Assembly (NCBI GenBank): GCA_965140785.1
Contig: OZ223500.1
Coordinates: forward strand, 1-36,698
Length of the DNA: 36,698 nt
Direction: 5' to 3'
Source of the DNA: an uncultured Ruficoccus sp.
GTDB lineage: Bacteria > Verrucomicrobiota > Verrucomicrobiia > Opitutales > Cerasicoccaceae
Shown here: piece after piece, positions 1-8,609 of the stretch
Position numbering within the stretch: position 1 is the stretch's first letter
How the letters are laid out: every line of letters starts with the position of its first letter
Made by a program: the position numbers and the translations under genes
The notes under the pieces: generated by a model
Databases searched by the model: none
The model's input: only the letters and a program-made list of their open reading frames with translations
Told to the model about the DNA's origin: nothing

Positions 1-970
1 GAACTGGAGCTGGCCTGCGAAGCGCTTGAGACCTCGCACCCCCGACCCCGAGCAGATCGACCGCCTGCTGCGCAACCTCCTGACCGACAGCAGCGGCAAC
101 ACCCACCGGGCCGAAATCTGCGTGGACAAGTTCCACAACTACGCCGCCCCCAACGGCAAGACAGGCATCATCGAACTGCGGGCCTTCGAGGTCTTGCCCA
201 GCGCCGAGATGCTCGGGCTGGCCGGGCTCTTCATCCGCACGATCATTGCCCGGCTGGTGGCCGAGCCCTTCACGAAGCCCATGCAGCGCTTCGGCCCGGC
301 CCTCCACGACAAGTACTTCCTGCCCGCCGTCCTCTGGGCCGACCTCGGTGCCATCTGCCGCGACTTGAAAAAGCACGGCTTCAACTTCAAGCTCGAGTGG
401 CTGAGCCCACTGCGGGACTTCCGCTTCCCGGTACGCGGTGAGCTGGACCTGGGCGGCGACGCCACCCTGACCGTCCGTCAGGCCCTCGAAGCCTGGCCCC
501 TCATGGCCGAGGAAAACGTCGGCGGCCCCACCGTGCGCATGGTGGACAACTCCACCGACCGCCTGGAGCTTTCGCTCAGCGACCCTTCGCTGCTGGCGAC
601 GCACACCCTGCTCTGCAACGGCATAGAGGTCCCCTGGAAAACCGTCGGCGGCAAGCCCGTGGCCGGCCTGCGCTACAAGTGCGCCAGCGGCTGGCCCGCC
701 CTGCACCCGCATGTGCCCATCCAGGCCCCGCTGCGCTTCCAGTGGATCGAGAAAGCAACCGGTAAGGTCGGGGCGGCGGCCCGCTACTTTTACTGGAATC
801 CGCATGCGCCCGTTTACGAGGGTCGCCCCCAAACCCTGGAAGAGGCGAGCAAGCGCGTCACTGAGCGCTGGGAGCCGCTCCCCGCCGGGGGCAAAGCCTC
901 CGCGCCGGGCACGCCGCCGGGCTTCCCGGAAATGCAGTTCACCCTGGATTTGCGACGGCACGCACAGTGA
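1..970 (+). CDS. 3' part of a DUF2126 (putative amidoligase, transglutaminase-associated) protein; 5' end lies outside the window; apparent +1 frameshift in the C5 run at 39-43
   Basis: Motifs DRLLRNLLTDSSGNTHRAEICVDK, GIIELRAFE, LHDKYFLP, FRFP, RQALEAW, LHPHVPIQAPLRF and TLDLRR match DUF2126 as I recall it. Frame 1 at 1-39 reads ELELACEALETSH and joins PDPEQIDR if one C is removed. Confidence 0.8.
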   Translation, partial: NWSWPAKRLRPRTPDPEQIDRLLRNLLTDSSGNTHRAEICVDKFHNYAAPNGKTGIIELRAFEVLPSAEMLGLAGLFIRTIIARLVAEPFTKPMQRFGPALHDKYFLPAVLWADLGAICRDLKKHGFNFKLEWLSPLRDFRFPVRGELDLGGDATLTVRQALEAWPLMAEENVGGPTVRMVDNSTDRLELSLSDPSLLATHTLLCNGIEVPWKTVGGKPVAGLRYKCASGWPALHPHVPIQAPLRFQWIEKATGKVGAAARYFYWNPHAPVYEGRPQTLEEASKRVTERWEPLPAGGKASAPGTPPGFPEMQFTLDLRRHAQ

Positions 971-1002
971 GCCGGACGTTGGCTTTTGATCATTGCCCCT
1001 CG

Positions 1003-1090
1003 AAACCCAAACAAACACGACAAGGGCGGCCCATCTCCCCCGAGCCGGACAGCTGAGGCATCTTTGTGTTTTTTGTGCCTTTTTGTGGCC
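1003..1090. repeat. Intergenic repeat element: C/A-rich left arm and TTT(T)GTG-type tandem repeats on the right
   Basis: AAACCCAAACAAACACGA at 1003-1020 (17/18 identical to 8488-8505) and tctttgtgttttttgtgcctttttgtggcc at 1061-1090. Confidence 0.55.
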
Positions 1091-1127
1091 ATTTGCTTCG
1101 ATAAGGATTCTGCTAAAAGCCTCACTC

Positions 1128-2734
1128 ATGCGGTTCCTCCTCCCGATACTCGTCCTCGCGCTCCTGGCCGGCTGCGGTCGTCACCGCACCCCGGTGGAGA
1201 AAGCCAACGCGGAAGGCATCCTCCTGCTCGGCAACGGCTCGGACCCCAAGGACCTCGACCCCCAGATCACCGTCGGATTGGTCGAGTTCGACGTGTTGAC
1301 GGCGCTTTTCGAGGGGTTGACCTCGACCGATCCCAAAACCTGCGCCCCCCGTGCCCGGTGTGGCCGAGAGCTGGACCCACAACGCCGACAACACGGTCTA
1401 TACTTTTAAAATCCGCCCCGAGGCCCGCTGGTCCAATGGCGACCCGGTCACCGCCGGGGACTTCGTCTTCTCCTACGAGCGCATCCTCAGCCCCGCCTAT
1501 GCCGCCGAGTACGCCAGCATGCTCTTCCCGATCAAGAACGCCCGCGCCTTCAACACCGGAGAGTTGACGGATTTTTCCCAGGTCGGGGTCAAGGCGCTCG
1601 ACCCGCACACGCTGGAGCTGACCATGGAGGGCCCCACGCCCCACCTGCCGGCCATGCTCAGCCACAACGCCTACTTTCCGGTCCACCCGGCCACCATTCT
1701 CAAGTTCGGCAAAATGACTGACCGGCACACCCGCTGGACCAAGCCCGGCAACATGGTCTCCAACGGGCCTTTCGAGTTGGCGGACTGGAATCTGAACGAA
1801 AGCGTGCTGGTGAAAAAAAACCCGTACTACTGGGATGCCGACACGGTGCGGCTAAACGGCATCGCCTTCCTGCCCATCACCAACCAGAACACCGAGGAGC
1901 GCGCCTTCCGCTCCGGCCAGGTCCACATCACCGACTCGGTCCCGCTGAGCAAGCGCGACCGCTACCGGGAGGCGAATTCGCCCGACCTGCATATCGACCC
2001 CTGGCTGGCCACCTACTTTTACCTGCTCAATACCGCCCGGCCGCCCTTTGACGATGTGCGCGTGCGCCGCGCCTTCAACGCCGCGGTGGACCGGCAGGCC
2101 CTCGTCGATACCGTCACCCGCGGCGGCGAGCCCATCGCCTTCACCGTCGTCCCGCCCAATATGGACCCCTACCAGTCCCCGCCCAGCCCGATCAGGGAAG
2201 ACGTGGCGCTGGCCCGGCAGCTCCTGGCCGAGGCCGGCTACCCCAACGGCAAGGGCTTCCCGCCGGTCGAGCTTTTATACAATACCTCCGAGACGCACCG
2301 GCCCATCGCCGAGGCTTTGCAGAAAATGTGGCACGACAACCTCGGCGTCGAGGTCGAGCTGGTCAACCAGTCCTGGCCCGTCTATCTGGACCGGCGCAAG
2401 AAGGGCGACTACGACATCGCCCGGGCCGGCTGGATCGGCGACTTCTACGACGCCAGCACCTTTCTGACCATCTGGACGGGCGACTCCGGGCTCAACCATA
2501 CCGGCTGGGCCAACCCGGAGTTCGACGCGCTGATCCAGCAGGCCGAGCAGGCCGGTGACCCCCAGCAACGCCTGAACATCCTTCGGCAGGCCGAGGCGGT
2601 CTTCCTCGACGAGGTCCCCATCATCCCGCTCTACTACTACACCCGCATCTACCTCAAGCGCCCCGAAGTCAAAAGGCTGGACCCCGAACATCCTCGACCT
2701 GCACCCGTACAAGTATGTGTGGCTGGAGGAATAA
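1128..2734 (+). CDS. oppA: Oligopeptide ABC transporter substrate-binding lipoprotein (about 534 aa after correcting two apparent +1 frameshifts)
   Basis: Starts MRFLLPILVLALLAGC (lipobox). Family 5 motifs LDPQ, LFEGL, PGVAESW, WSNGDPVTAGDF, NGPF, KNPYYW, PFDDVRVRRA and GWIGDFYD. Removing one C at 1345-1350 joins CAP to VPGVAESW. Removing one A at 2671-2674 restores the C-terminus VKGWTPNILDLHPYKYVWLEE*. Confidence 0.9.
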
Positions 2735-2740
2735 AGGGGG

Positions 2741-2869
2741 AAGGGTTAAATGGTTAATTGCTAATTGTTAAATGGCTATTTGTTATAAAGAGAAGCTGTG
2801 TCTGGAGCCTGTCGCGCCCCCTAAGTCTCCGAAAAATCAACCATTCAGCCATTCAACCATTTAACCCTT
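2741..2869. repeat. Inverted tandem-repeat intergenic element between oppA and oppB
   Basis: Perfect 15-bp terminal inverted repeat AAGGGTTAAATGGTT (2741-2755) / AACCATTTAACCCTT (2855-2869). Each arm continues as degenerate 7-8-mer repeats around a unique core of about 50 nt. Confidence 0.85.
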
Positions 2870-2878
2870 TCCACCCCC

Positions 2879-3796
2879 ATGCTCACCTTTGTCCTCAGGC
2901 GTTTTCTCGAAACCCTTCTGGTGCTCTTCCTCATCGTGACGGCGACGTTCTTCATGGTGCGGCTGGTGCCGGGCGGGCCCTTCGACCGCGAGAAGGACAT
3001 CCCGGAGGTCACGCGCCAGCAGTTGGAAGCCTACTACGGCCTCGATAAGCCCCTCCCCGTGCAGTATGTCAACTACCTCGGCAACCTCCTTCAGGGCGAC
3101 CTCGGCACGACCTTCAAGTATCAGGGCTGGACGGTGAACGAGATCATCGCGCGCAAGCTGCCCGTCTCCGTCGAACTGGGGGCGCTGGCCATGGGCATCG
3201 CGCTGGTGCTGGGGATCGGCGCAGGTGTGCTGGCCGCCTGGCGACCCGGCACGGCCACCGACTCGGCCCCCATGAGCCTGGCCATGATCGGCATCTGCCT
3301 GCCGACCTTTGTGCTCGGACCGCTGCTGATTCTCGTCTTCGGCCTCAAGTTGCATCTGGTCAACGTCATGGGCTGGGCCCTGCCGCAGGACCGTATCCTG
3401 CCCGCGCTGACGCTGGGGCTTTTTTACGCCGCCTACATCGCCCGGCTGACCCGCTCCAGCATGCTGGAGATTCGCAGCGAGGACTACATGCGCACCGCCC
3501 GGGCCAAGGGCCTGTCCGAGGCGCGGGTGTACCTGCTGCACGGCCTGCGCAACGGCCTCTCCCCCGTCGTCTCTTACCTGGGGCCCGCCCTGGCCGGACT
3601 CATCAGCGGCTCCTTTGTGGTGGAGACGATCTTTAACATTCCCGGACTGGGGCGGTTCTTCGTCCAGGCCGCCCTCGACAACGACTACACCATGGTCCTG
3701 GGCTGCGTGCTCTTTTACGCCGGGCTGATCATCGTCTTCAACCTGATCTCGGACATCCTGCTGGTCTGGCTCAACCCCCGGAGGAAGCTCTCATGA
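2879..3796 (+). CDS. oppB: Oligopeptide ABC transporter permease
   Basis: PGGPF, YGLDKP, GDLG, LPVSVELG, EAA-loop DYMRTARAKGLS, GSFVVETIFNIPGLG. Confidence 0.93.
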   Translation: MLTFVLRRFLETLLVLFLIVTATFFMVRLVPGGPFDREKDIPEVTRQQLEAYYGLDKPLPVQYVNYLGNLLQGDLGTTFKYQGWTVNEIIARKLPVSVELGALAMGIALVLGIGAGVLAAWRPGTATDSAPMSLAMIGICLPTFVLGPLLILVFGLKLHLVNVMGWALPQDRILPALTLGLFYAAYIARLTRSSMLEIRSEDYMRTARAKGLSEARVYLLHGLRNGLSPVVSYLGPALAGLISGSFVVETIFNIPGLGRFFVQAALDNDYTMVLGCVLFYAGLIIVFNLISDILLVWLNPRRKLS

Positions 3797-4674
3797 AGCC
3801 CTTCGGTGAAAAAGCCGCCCCGCTTGCGGGCCGCTCGCTCGGGGCGGACGCCTGGGAGCGCCTGCTGGCCAACCGTATGGCCATGGGCGGGCTGATCTTT
3901 AGCGTGCTGGTCACGCTGGCCTGCCTCGTCGGCCCGTGGCTGCTCCCGCACGCCCCGGAGGCGCAGAACCTCGACCTCGGCGCCTCCGGCCCGAGCGCCC
4001 AGCACTGGCTGGGGACGGACATTCTCGGGCGCGACCTGCTGGCGCGTATCCTCAGCGGCGGGCGCGTTTCGCTGCTGGTCGGCGTCGTCGCCACCACGGT
4101 GGCGCTTATCATCGGGGTCAGCTATGGGATCGTTTCCGGCTATGCGGGGGGGCGCATTGACCGGCTGATGATGCGCTTCGTCGAGATCATTTACTCGATG
4201 CCCTTCACTGTTTTCGTCATCATCCTGATGGTGTACTTCGGGCGGCACCTGTGGCTGATCTTCGTCGCCATCGGGGCGGTCGAGTGGCTGACCATGGCGC
4301 GGATCGTGCGCGGGCAGGTCCTCGGGCTGAAGGAGCAGGCCTTTATCCAGGCCTCGCGCAGCCTCGGCCAGCGCCCCCTGCGGATCATGAGCAAGCACCT
4401 GCTGCCCAACCTGCTGGGCGTGATCATCGTGTACGCCACCCTGACGGTGCCCGGCGTCATGCTGCTGGAGGCCTTCATCAGCTTCCTCGGGCTGGGTGTG
4501 CAGCCGCCGCAAACCAGTTGGGGCGACCTCATCCGCGCCGGGGCCGAACACATGGAGGAGTACCCCTGGTTGCTCATCTTCCCCAGCCTGTTTTTCTCCG
4601 CCACCCTCTTTTCCTTGAATTTCCTCGGCGACGGCCTGCGCGACGCCCTCGACCCGAAATCCGGGAAGGGATGA
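3793..4674 (+). CDS. oppC: Oligopeptide ABC transporter permease
   Basis: HWLGTDILGRDL, ARIVRGQVL, HLLPN, EAFISFLGLGVQPP, GDGLRDALDPK. ATGA overlap with oppB. Confidence 0.93.
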   Translation: MKPFGEKAAPLAGRSLGADAWERLLANRMAMGGLIFSVLVTLACLVGPWLLPHAPEAQNLDLGASGPSAQHWLGTDILGRDLLARILSGGRVSLLVGVVATTVALIIGVSYGIVSGYAGGRIDRLMMRFVEIIYSMPFTVFVIILMVYFGRHLWLIFVAIGAVEWLTMARIVRGQVLGLKEQAFIQASRSLGQRPLRIMSKHLLPNLLGVIIVYATLTVPGVMLLEAFISFLGLGVQPPQTSWGDLIRAGAEHMEEYPWLLIFPSLFFSATLFSLNFLGDGLRDALDPKSGKG

Positions 4675-4680
4675 ATAAAA

Positions 4681-4834
4681 GTTTGAGAGTTTGAAAGTTT
4701 GAGGGTTTGAGAGTTGTTTCAGCGGGGCAACCCATCGGAGCATCCCCCTCGCTGCGTCAGCACATCGCCGCTAGCCCCTTCGCCCAACCACTCCTCCCAA
4801 CTTTCAAACTCTCAAACACTCAAACCTTCAAACT
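4681..4834. repeat. Inverted octamer-array element between oppC and trmL
   Basis: Left arm GTTTGAGA-GTTTGAAA-GTTTGAGG-GTTTGAGA (4681-4712). Right arm is reverse-complement units CTTTCAAA-CTCTCAAA-CACTCAAA-CCTTCAAA (4801-4832). Core is about 85 nt. Confidence 0.9.
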
Positions 4835-4852
4835 CCTCCCCCCCTTTCCCCG

Positions 4853-5308
4853 ATGCTGCACATCGTCCTTTTCCAGCCGGAGATCCCGCAAAACACGGGC
4901 AATGTCGGTCGCCTGTGCGCCATTACAAAAAGCCGCCTGCACCTGATCCATCCGCTTGGCTTCACCATCACCGACCGGCACCTCAAGCGCAGCGGCATGG
5001 ACTACTGGCACTCGCTCGACGTGCACCACCACGCCGACTGGGCGGCCTTTCGCGCCAGCGAACACGCCCCGCAACGCCTCTGGCTCTTCACCACCAAGGC
5101 CACGCAGCTCCACTGGGACGCGGCGTTCGCCGACGGCGACGGGCTGGTCTTCGGCAACGAGGGGCACGGCAGCCCGGAGTGGCTGCACGCCGAGATCGGC
5201 GAGGCCCACCGCGTCACCCTCCCCCAGTACGACCCGTCCCTGCGCTCGCTCAACCTCTCCACCGCCGTCGGCATCGCCACCTACGAGGCGCTGCGTCAGC
5301 TACGCTGA
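4853..5308 (+). CDS. trmL: tRNA (cytidine/uridine(34)-2'-O)-methyltransferase, SPOUT family
   Basis: IVLFQPEIPQNTGNVGRLC, LHLIHPLGF, LKRSGMDYW, VFGNEGHG, RSLNLSTAVGIATYEALRQ. Confidence 0.95.
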   Translation: MLHIVLFQPEIPQNTGNVGRLCAITKSRLHLIHPLGFTITDRHLKRSGMDYWHSLDVHHHADWAAFRASEHAPQRLWLFTTKATQLHWDAAFADGDGLVFGNEGHGSPEWLHAEIGEAHRVTLPQYDPSLRSLNLSTAVGIATYEALRQLR

Positions 5309-5311
5309 GAT

Positions 5312-5480
5312 AAGTTTATAAGTTTGAGAGTTTGAGGGTTCGCGCTGCGCACAGCCACAGAAGGCCGCCCGGCCTCGAAGCAAGCAGCCAACCCGGCAGC
5401 ATGGCTTTCAGGGGCAAGCAGAGCCGAAGTTGCTCCCTCTCCCCAACTCTCAAACTTTCAAACCCTCAAACTCTCAAACT
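5312..5480. repeat. Inverted octamer-array element between convergent trmL and methyltransferase genes
   Basis: Left aagtttataagtttgagagtttgagggtt (5312-5340). Right aactctcaaactttcaaaccctcaaactctcaaact (5445-5480). Unique core of about 100 nt. Confidence 0.9.
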
Positions 5481-5487
5481 CCCCAAC

Positions 5488-6219
5488 CTATACGTCGGCG
5501 GCGAGCAGGAGGAACGGCGGGCGGCGGCGCTGCTCGGCCAGGTCGGGGCGCGCGGCGATGGCCGTCGGTGTCGGCTCGGGCTCCAGCAGGCGGCGGATGC
5601 GCAAGCCCGCCTCGATCAGGGCGTTGACGTAGGTCTCGACCGTTCGGTGGTACTTGAGCACGCCATCGACGAACCACGAGGTCGCCCGGATCGACTCCAT
5701 GCGGTAGTTGTCCACGGGCCAGTGCAGGGGCTTGCCGGCGGCGTCCCGCGCCCAGTCCTGCCGGTAGTTGGCCGTGCACATCGGGTGCTCGACGGAAAAA
5801 ACAAACGTCCCGCCCGGCCGCAGGGCGGAGGCGACTTTCTCAAAAACCGGCCCAATCTCCTTCACATAGTGCAGGCAGAGTGAGGCCGTGACGAGATCGA
5901 AGGAAGCCGGCTCGATCTCCAACTCCTCCAGCGGCTGGCGCACGAACGTCACCCGCGGGTCCTCCACCCGGCGGCGGGCCTCGGCCAGCATGTTTTCCGA
6001 GACATCCACGCCCCGGACCGAGGCCGCCCCCTGCGCCACACAGGCCGCCGCGAACTTGCCGAAACCGCAGCCCAGGTCCAGCACGTCCAGCCCCTGAAGC
6101 GGCGGCAGCAGGCTGGTCAGCGCCGGCTCCTCCAGCGCGGCGTTGAGGCCAGACTCGCTCGCCCGCAGCGCCATATAGCCGCGGAAAAAGTCCGGGTCGT
6201 CGTAAATATTCTGCGCCAT
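5488..6219 (-). CDS. Class I SAM-dependent methyltransferase
   Basis: VLDLGCGFG motif I, GVDVSENML, FDLVTASLCLHYV, LRPGGTFVFSVEHP, KYHRT. Confidence 0.9.
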   Translation of the reverse strand: MAQNIYDDPDFFRGYMALRASESGLNAALEEPALTSLLPPLQGLDVLDLGCGFGKFAAACVAQGAASVRGVDVSENMLAEARRRVEDPRVTFVRQPLEELEIEPASFDLVTASLCLHYVKEIGPVFEKVASALRPGGTFVFSVEHPMCTANYRQDWARDAAGKPLHWPVDNYRMESIRATSWFVDGVLKYHRTVETYVNALIEAGLRIRRLLEPEPTPTAIAARPDLAEQRRRPPFLLLAADV

Positions 6220-6341
6220 AGAGAAGCCATTACGGGCCAGAAATCGCCGTCCGGCAAAACATTTGCAGCGCCCGGCCCAGGGACGGGTAAAACAAAAAGC
6301 GTGATTTTCGCCCGGGGCTGTGGCATGCCTAGTGTCTCACT

Positions 6342-7745
6342 ATGGCGAACGAAAAAAAACAGGCGACATGGGGCGGGCGATTCAAGGACGGCCCGGCTGA
6401 ACTGATGCTGCGCTTCGGCGAATCCATTTCCTTTGACTGGCGGCTGGCCCCCTATGACGTGCAGGTGAGCAAGGCCCACGCCGCCATGCTCACCCACATC
6501 GGCCTGATCAGCGCGGAGGACCGGGACGCCATCCACGCCGGGCTTGACGCCGTGCTGGCCGACATTGAGTCGGGCGCGCTCGTGCCCGATATCGCCTGTG
6601 AGGATGTCCACATGAACATCGAGCAGGCCCTGACAAAGAAAACCCCCGCCGGGGCCCGCCTGCACGCCGCCCGCAGCCGCAACGACCAGGTCGCGACCGA
6701 CATGCGCCTCTTTTTCAAGGACGCCTGCGGGCAGATCGCCGATCGGCTCCGGGCACTGCTCAGCGTTATCGTGGATTTAGCCGAAAAGAACGCGGACGTC
6801 ATCATCCCCGGCTACACGCACCTGCAACGGGCGCAGCCCGTTTCGCTGGCGCACCACTTGCTGGCCTGGGCGCAGATGGCCGGACGCGACCTGGAGCGTT
6901 TTGAAGAGGTCGCCCGCCGCGCCAATATCTGCCCACTGGGCTCGGGCGCACTGGCCGGGAGCACCCTGCCCATCGACCGCGCTTTCGTGGCCCGCGAGCT
7001 GGGATTCGTCAATGAGTCCGGCGAGCCCCAAGTCACCGCCAACAGCATGGATGCCGTGGCCGACCGCGACCTCTTCATCGAGTTCGCCAGCGCCAGCGCC
7101 TTGTGCGGCGTGCACCTCTCGCGCGTCTCCGAGGACGGAATCCTGTGGAACAGCGCGGAGTTCGGCTACGTGCGCTTCTCCGACGCCTTCACCACCGGCT
7201 CCAGCCTCATGCCGCAGAAGAAGAATCCCGACGCGCTCGAACTGCTCCGGGGCAAGGCCGCCCGCCTCCAGGGCAACCTGCAAACCCTCCTCACCCTGAC
7301 CAAGGGCCTGCCCCTGACCTACAACCGCGATCTCCAGGAGGACAAGCCGCCGGTCTTCGACAGTTTTGACACGCTGATGATCAGCCTCGACGTGCTCGCC
7401 GGGACGCTGGCGGGCATGACCGTGCGCCCGGACAAATGCGCAGCCGCCGTCGCCGATCCGCTCCTGCTGGCGACCGACCTGGCCGACTACCTCGTGGCCA
7501 AGGGCGTGCCCTTCCGCGACGCCCACCACGCCATCGGCGCGCTCGTCGGCATGGCCGAGGAGCAGGGCGTGCCGCTGGATCAGCTACCCACCGAGGCGGT
7601 GAAAAAGGTCAACGCCGCCTTCGCGGACGACTGGGCCGAGGTCTTCGATCTCCAGCGCGCCCTGCGCCTGCGCGAACGTCCCGGCATGCCCGGCCCGGAC
7701 CAGACCGCCGCCCAGATCGCCGCTTGGCGCGAACGGCTGGCGTAG
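6342..7745 (+). CDS. argH: Argininosuccinate lyase
   Basis: [34 protein letters not shown], signature [21 protein letters not shown]. Confidence 0.97.
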   Translation: MANEKKQATWGGRFKDGPAELMLRFGESISFDWRLAPYDVQVSKAHAAMLTHIGLISAEDRDAIHAGLDAVLADIESGALVPDIACEDVHMNIEQALTKKTPAGARLHAARSRNDQVATDMRLFFKDACGQIADRLRALLSVIVDLAEKNADVIIPGYTHLQRAQPVSLAHHLLAWAQMAGRDLERFEEVARRANICPLGSGALAGSTLPIDRAFVARELGFVNESGEPQVTANSMDAVADRDLFIEFASASALCGVHLSRVSEDGILWNSAEFGYVRFSDAFTTGSSLMPQKKNPDALELLRGKAARLQGNLQTLLTLTKGLPLTYNRDLQEDKPPVFDSFDTLMISLDVLAGTLAGMTVRPDKCAAAVADPLLLATDLADYLVAKGVPFRDAHHAIGALVGMAEEQGVPLDQLPTEAVKKVNAAFADDWAEVFDLQRALRLRERPGMPGPDQTAAQIAAWRERLA

Positions 7746-7872
7746 AACATTACCCGCCTGCTCACGCCCCATGCGGGCTGCTCTCCGAGTTTGGACTGGC
7801 TTGACTGCCCAATACGGCAACTGCGGCGGGTGAGTTGCCGATACCGCAACCGCCCCCCAGCCCCAGAATGCG

Positions 7873-7900
7873 TTGACAGTCATGATGCCGTTAGAATACT
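7873..7900 (+). promoter_or_regulatory. Possible sigma70 promoter for the ORF at 7959
   Basis: TTGACA (7873-7878), 16-nt spacer, AATACT (7895-7900). Confidence 0.4.
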
Positions 7901-7958
7901 AGGGCCGGATGTTTGCGAGCATCACTTCGTCTCATTAGTCGCCCATCCCTGACTGATC

Positions 7959-8336
7959 ATGCAAGCCCTCGGCTATTTCACCGCGTTCGCTCTGATCCTG
8001 ATTATCGCGTCCGTGGTAAGCGGAACCCTGTTCTGGTTCGCCGGTAAGATCATCCGCCTCTACCCCTCCTACTCGTCGATGGTCTGGTGCAGTGGAGTCA
8101 GCCACTTCACGAACATTGTGTGCTACAAGCTCTTGCTCCTGACCGGCCATGCAGATCTGGAAAAGCTCAGTTCGGTTGTCTCATTCATCGTCCTGGTCGG
8201 CATGCTGAAAAGACATACCGGAGCCAAGATTTTTCCGACTATCCTCCTGCTGTTTGTCGTCGCACTGGCACTGACCTTCGGGATCGCATTTATTGTCGGC
8301 GCAATTGTCTTCGGGCTTATTCTGACGAACCGCTAG
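7959..8336 (+). CDS. Hypothetical small integral membrane protein (about 4 TM helices)
   Basis: 125-aa strongly hydrophobic ORF filling the gap after argH; no recognisable motif. Confidence 0.7.
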   Translation: MQALGYFTAFALILIIASVVSGTLFWFAGKIIRLYPSYSSMVWCSGVSHFTNIVCYKLLLLTGHADLEKLSSVVSFIVLVGMLKRHTGAKIFPTILLLFVVALALTFGIAFIVGAIVFGLILTNR

Positions 8337-8395
8337 AGTCCCGAGTTTGAAGTTCGCGGCCTATTGATTGCGGGCTTACGCAGCCCGCGCCCGCG

Positions 8396-8447
8396 GCAGG
8401 CATAGCCTGCACTTCCGATGCTTGCAGCATCGTCTCTGCGATGGGCG
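8396..8447. repeat. Multi-hairpin REP-like element, copy 1
   Basis: GCAGGC-ATA-GCCTGC, then GATGCT-TGC-AGCATC, then GATGGGCG. Aligns by eye with the reverse complement of 12361-12417 and with 20052-20110. Confidence 0.6.
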
Positions 8448-8609
8448 AGGCAATTTTGAGAATTGTCGGGCCAAGGACACGAGATTCAAACCCAAACAGA
8501 CACGAGGATGTGACCTGAGCAGGTTTGCGTATACGGCCTAGAGACGTGTTGGCCGAGTTACCCGATCATTGCAGGTAATCAAAGCCCGTGGACACAGCGA
8601 AGGCGCTCC

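Noticed and set aside
1345..1350. Programmed frameshifting or phase variation at the homopolymers
   Set aside because: Runs are only 4-6 nt, occur in unrelated genes and go in both directions (+1 and -1), which fits sequencing error better.
2758..3048. Short ORFs translating the repeat arms (e.g. MLIVKWLFV..., ...KLSNTQTFKL...)
   Set aside because: The periodic peptides are by-products of 7-8-nt DNA repeats and overlap real genes out of frame.
4681..5480. Repeat arrays as a CRISPR or other guide-RNA array
   Set aside because: Units are 7-8 nt, directly tandem and inverted between arms. There is no 23-47 nt repeat with regular spacers and no cas-like gene.
7815..7840. Hairpin CGGCAACT...AGTTGCCG after argH as a terminator or ncRNA
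   Set aside because: It has a 10-nt loop, no U-tract and no similarity to an RNA family I recognise.
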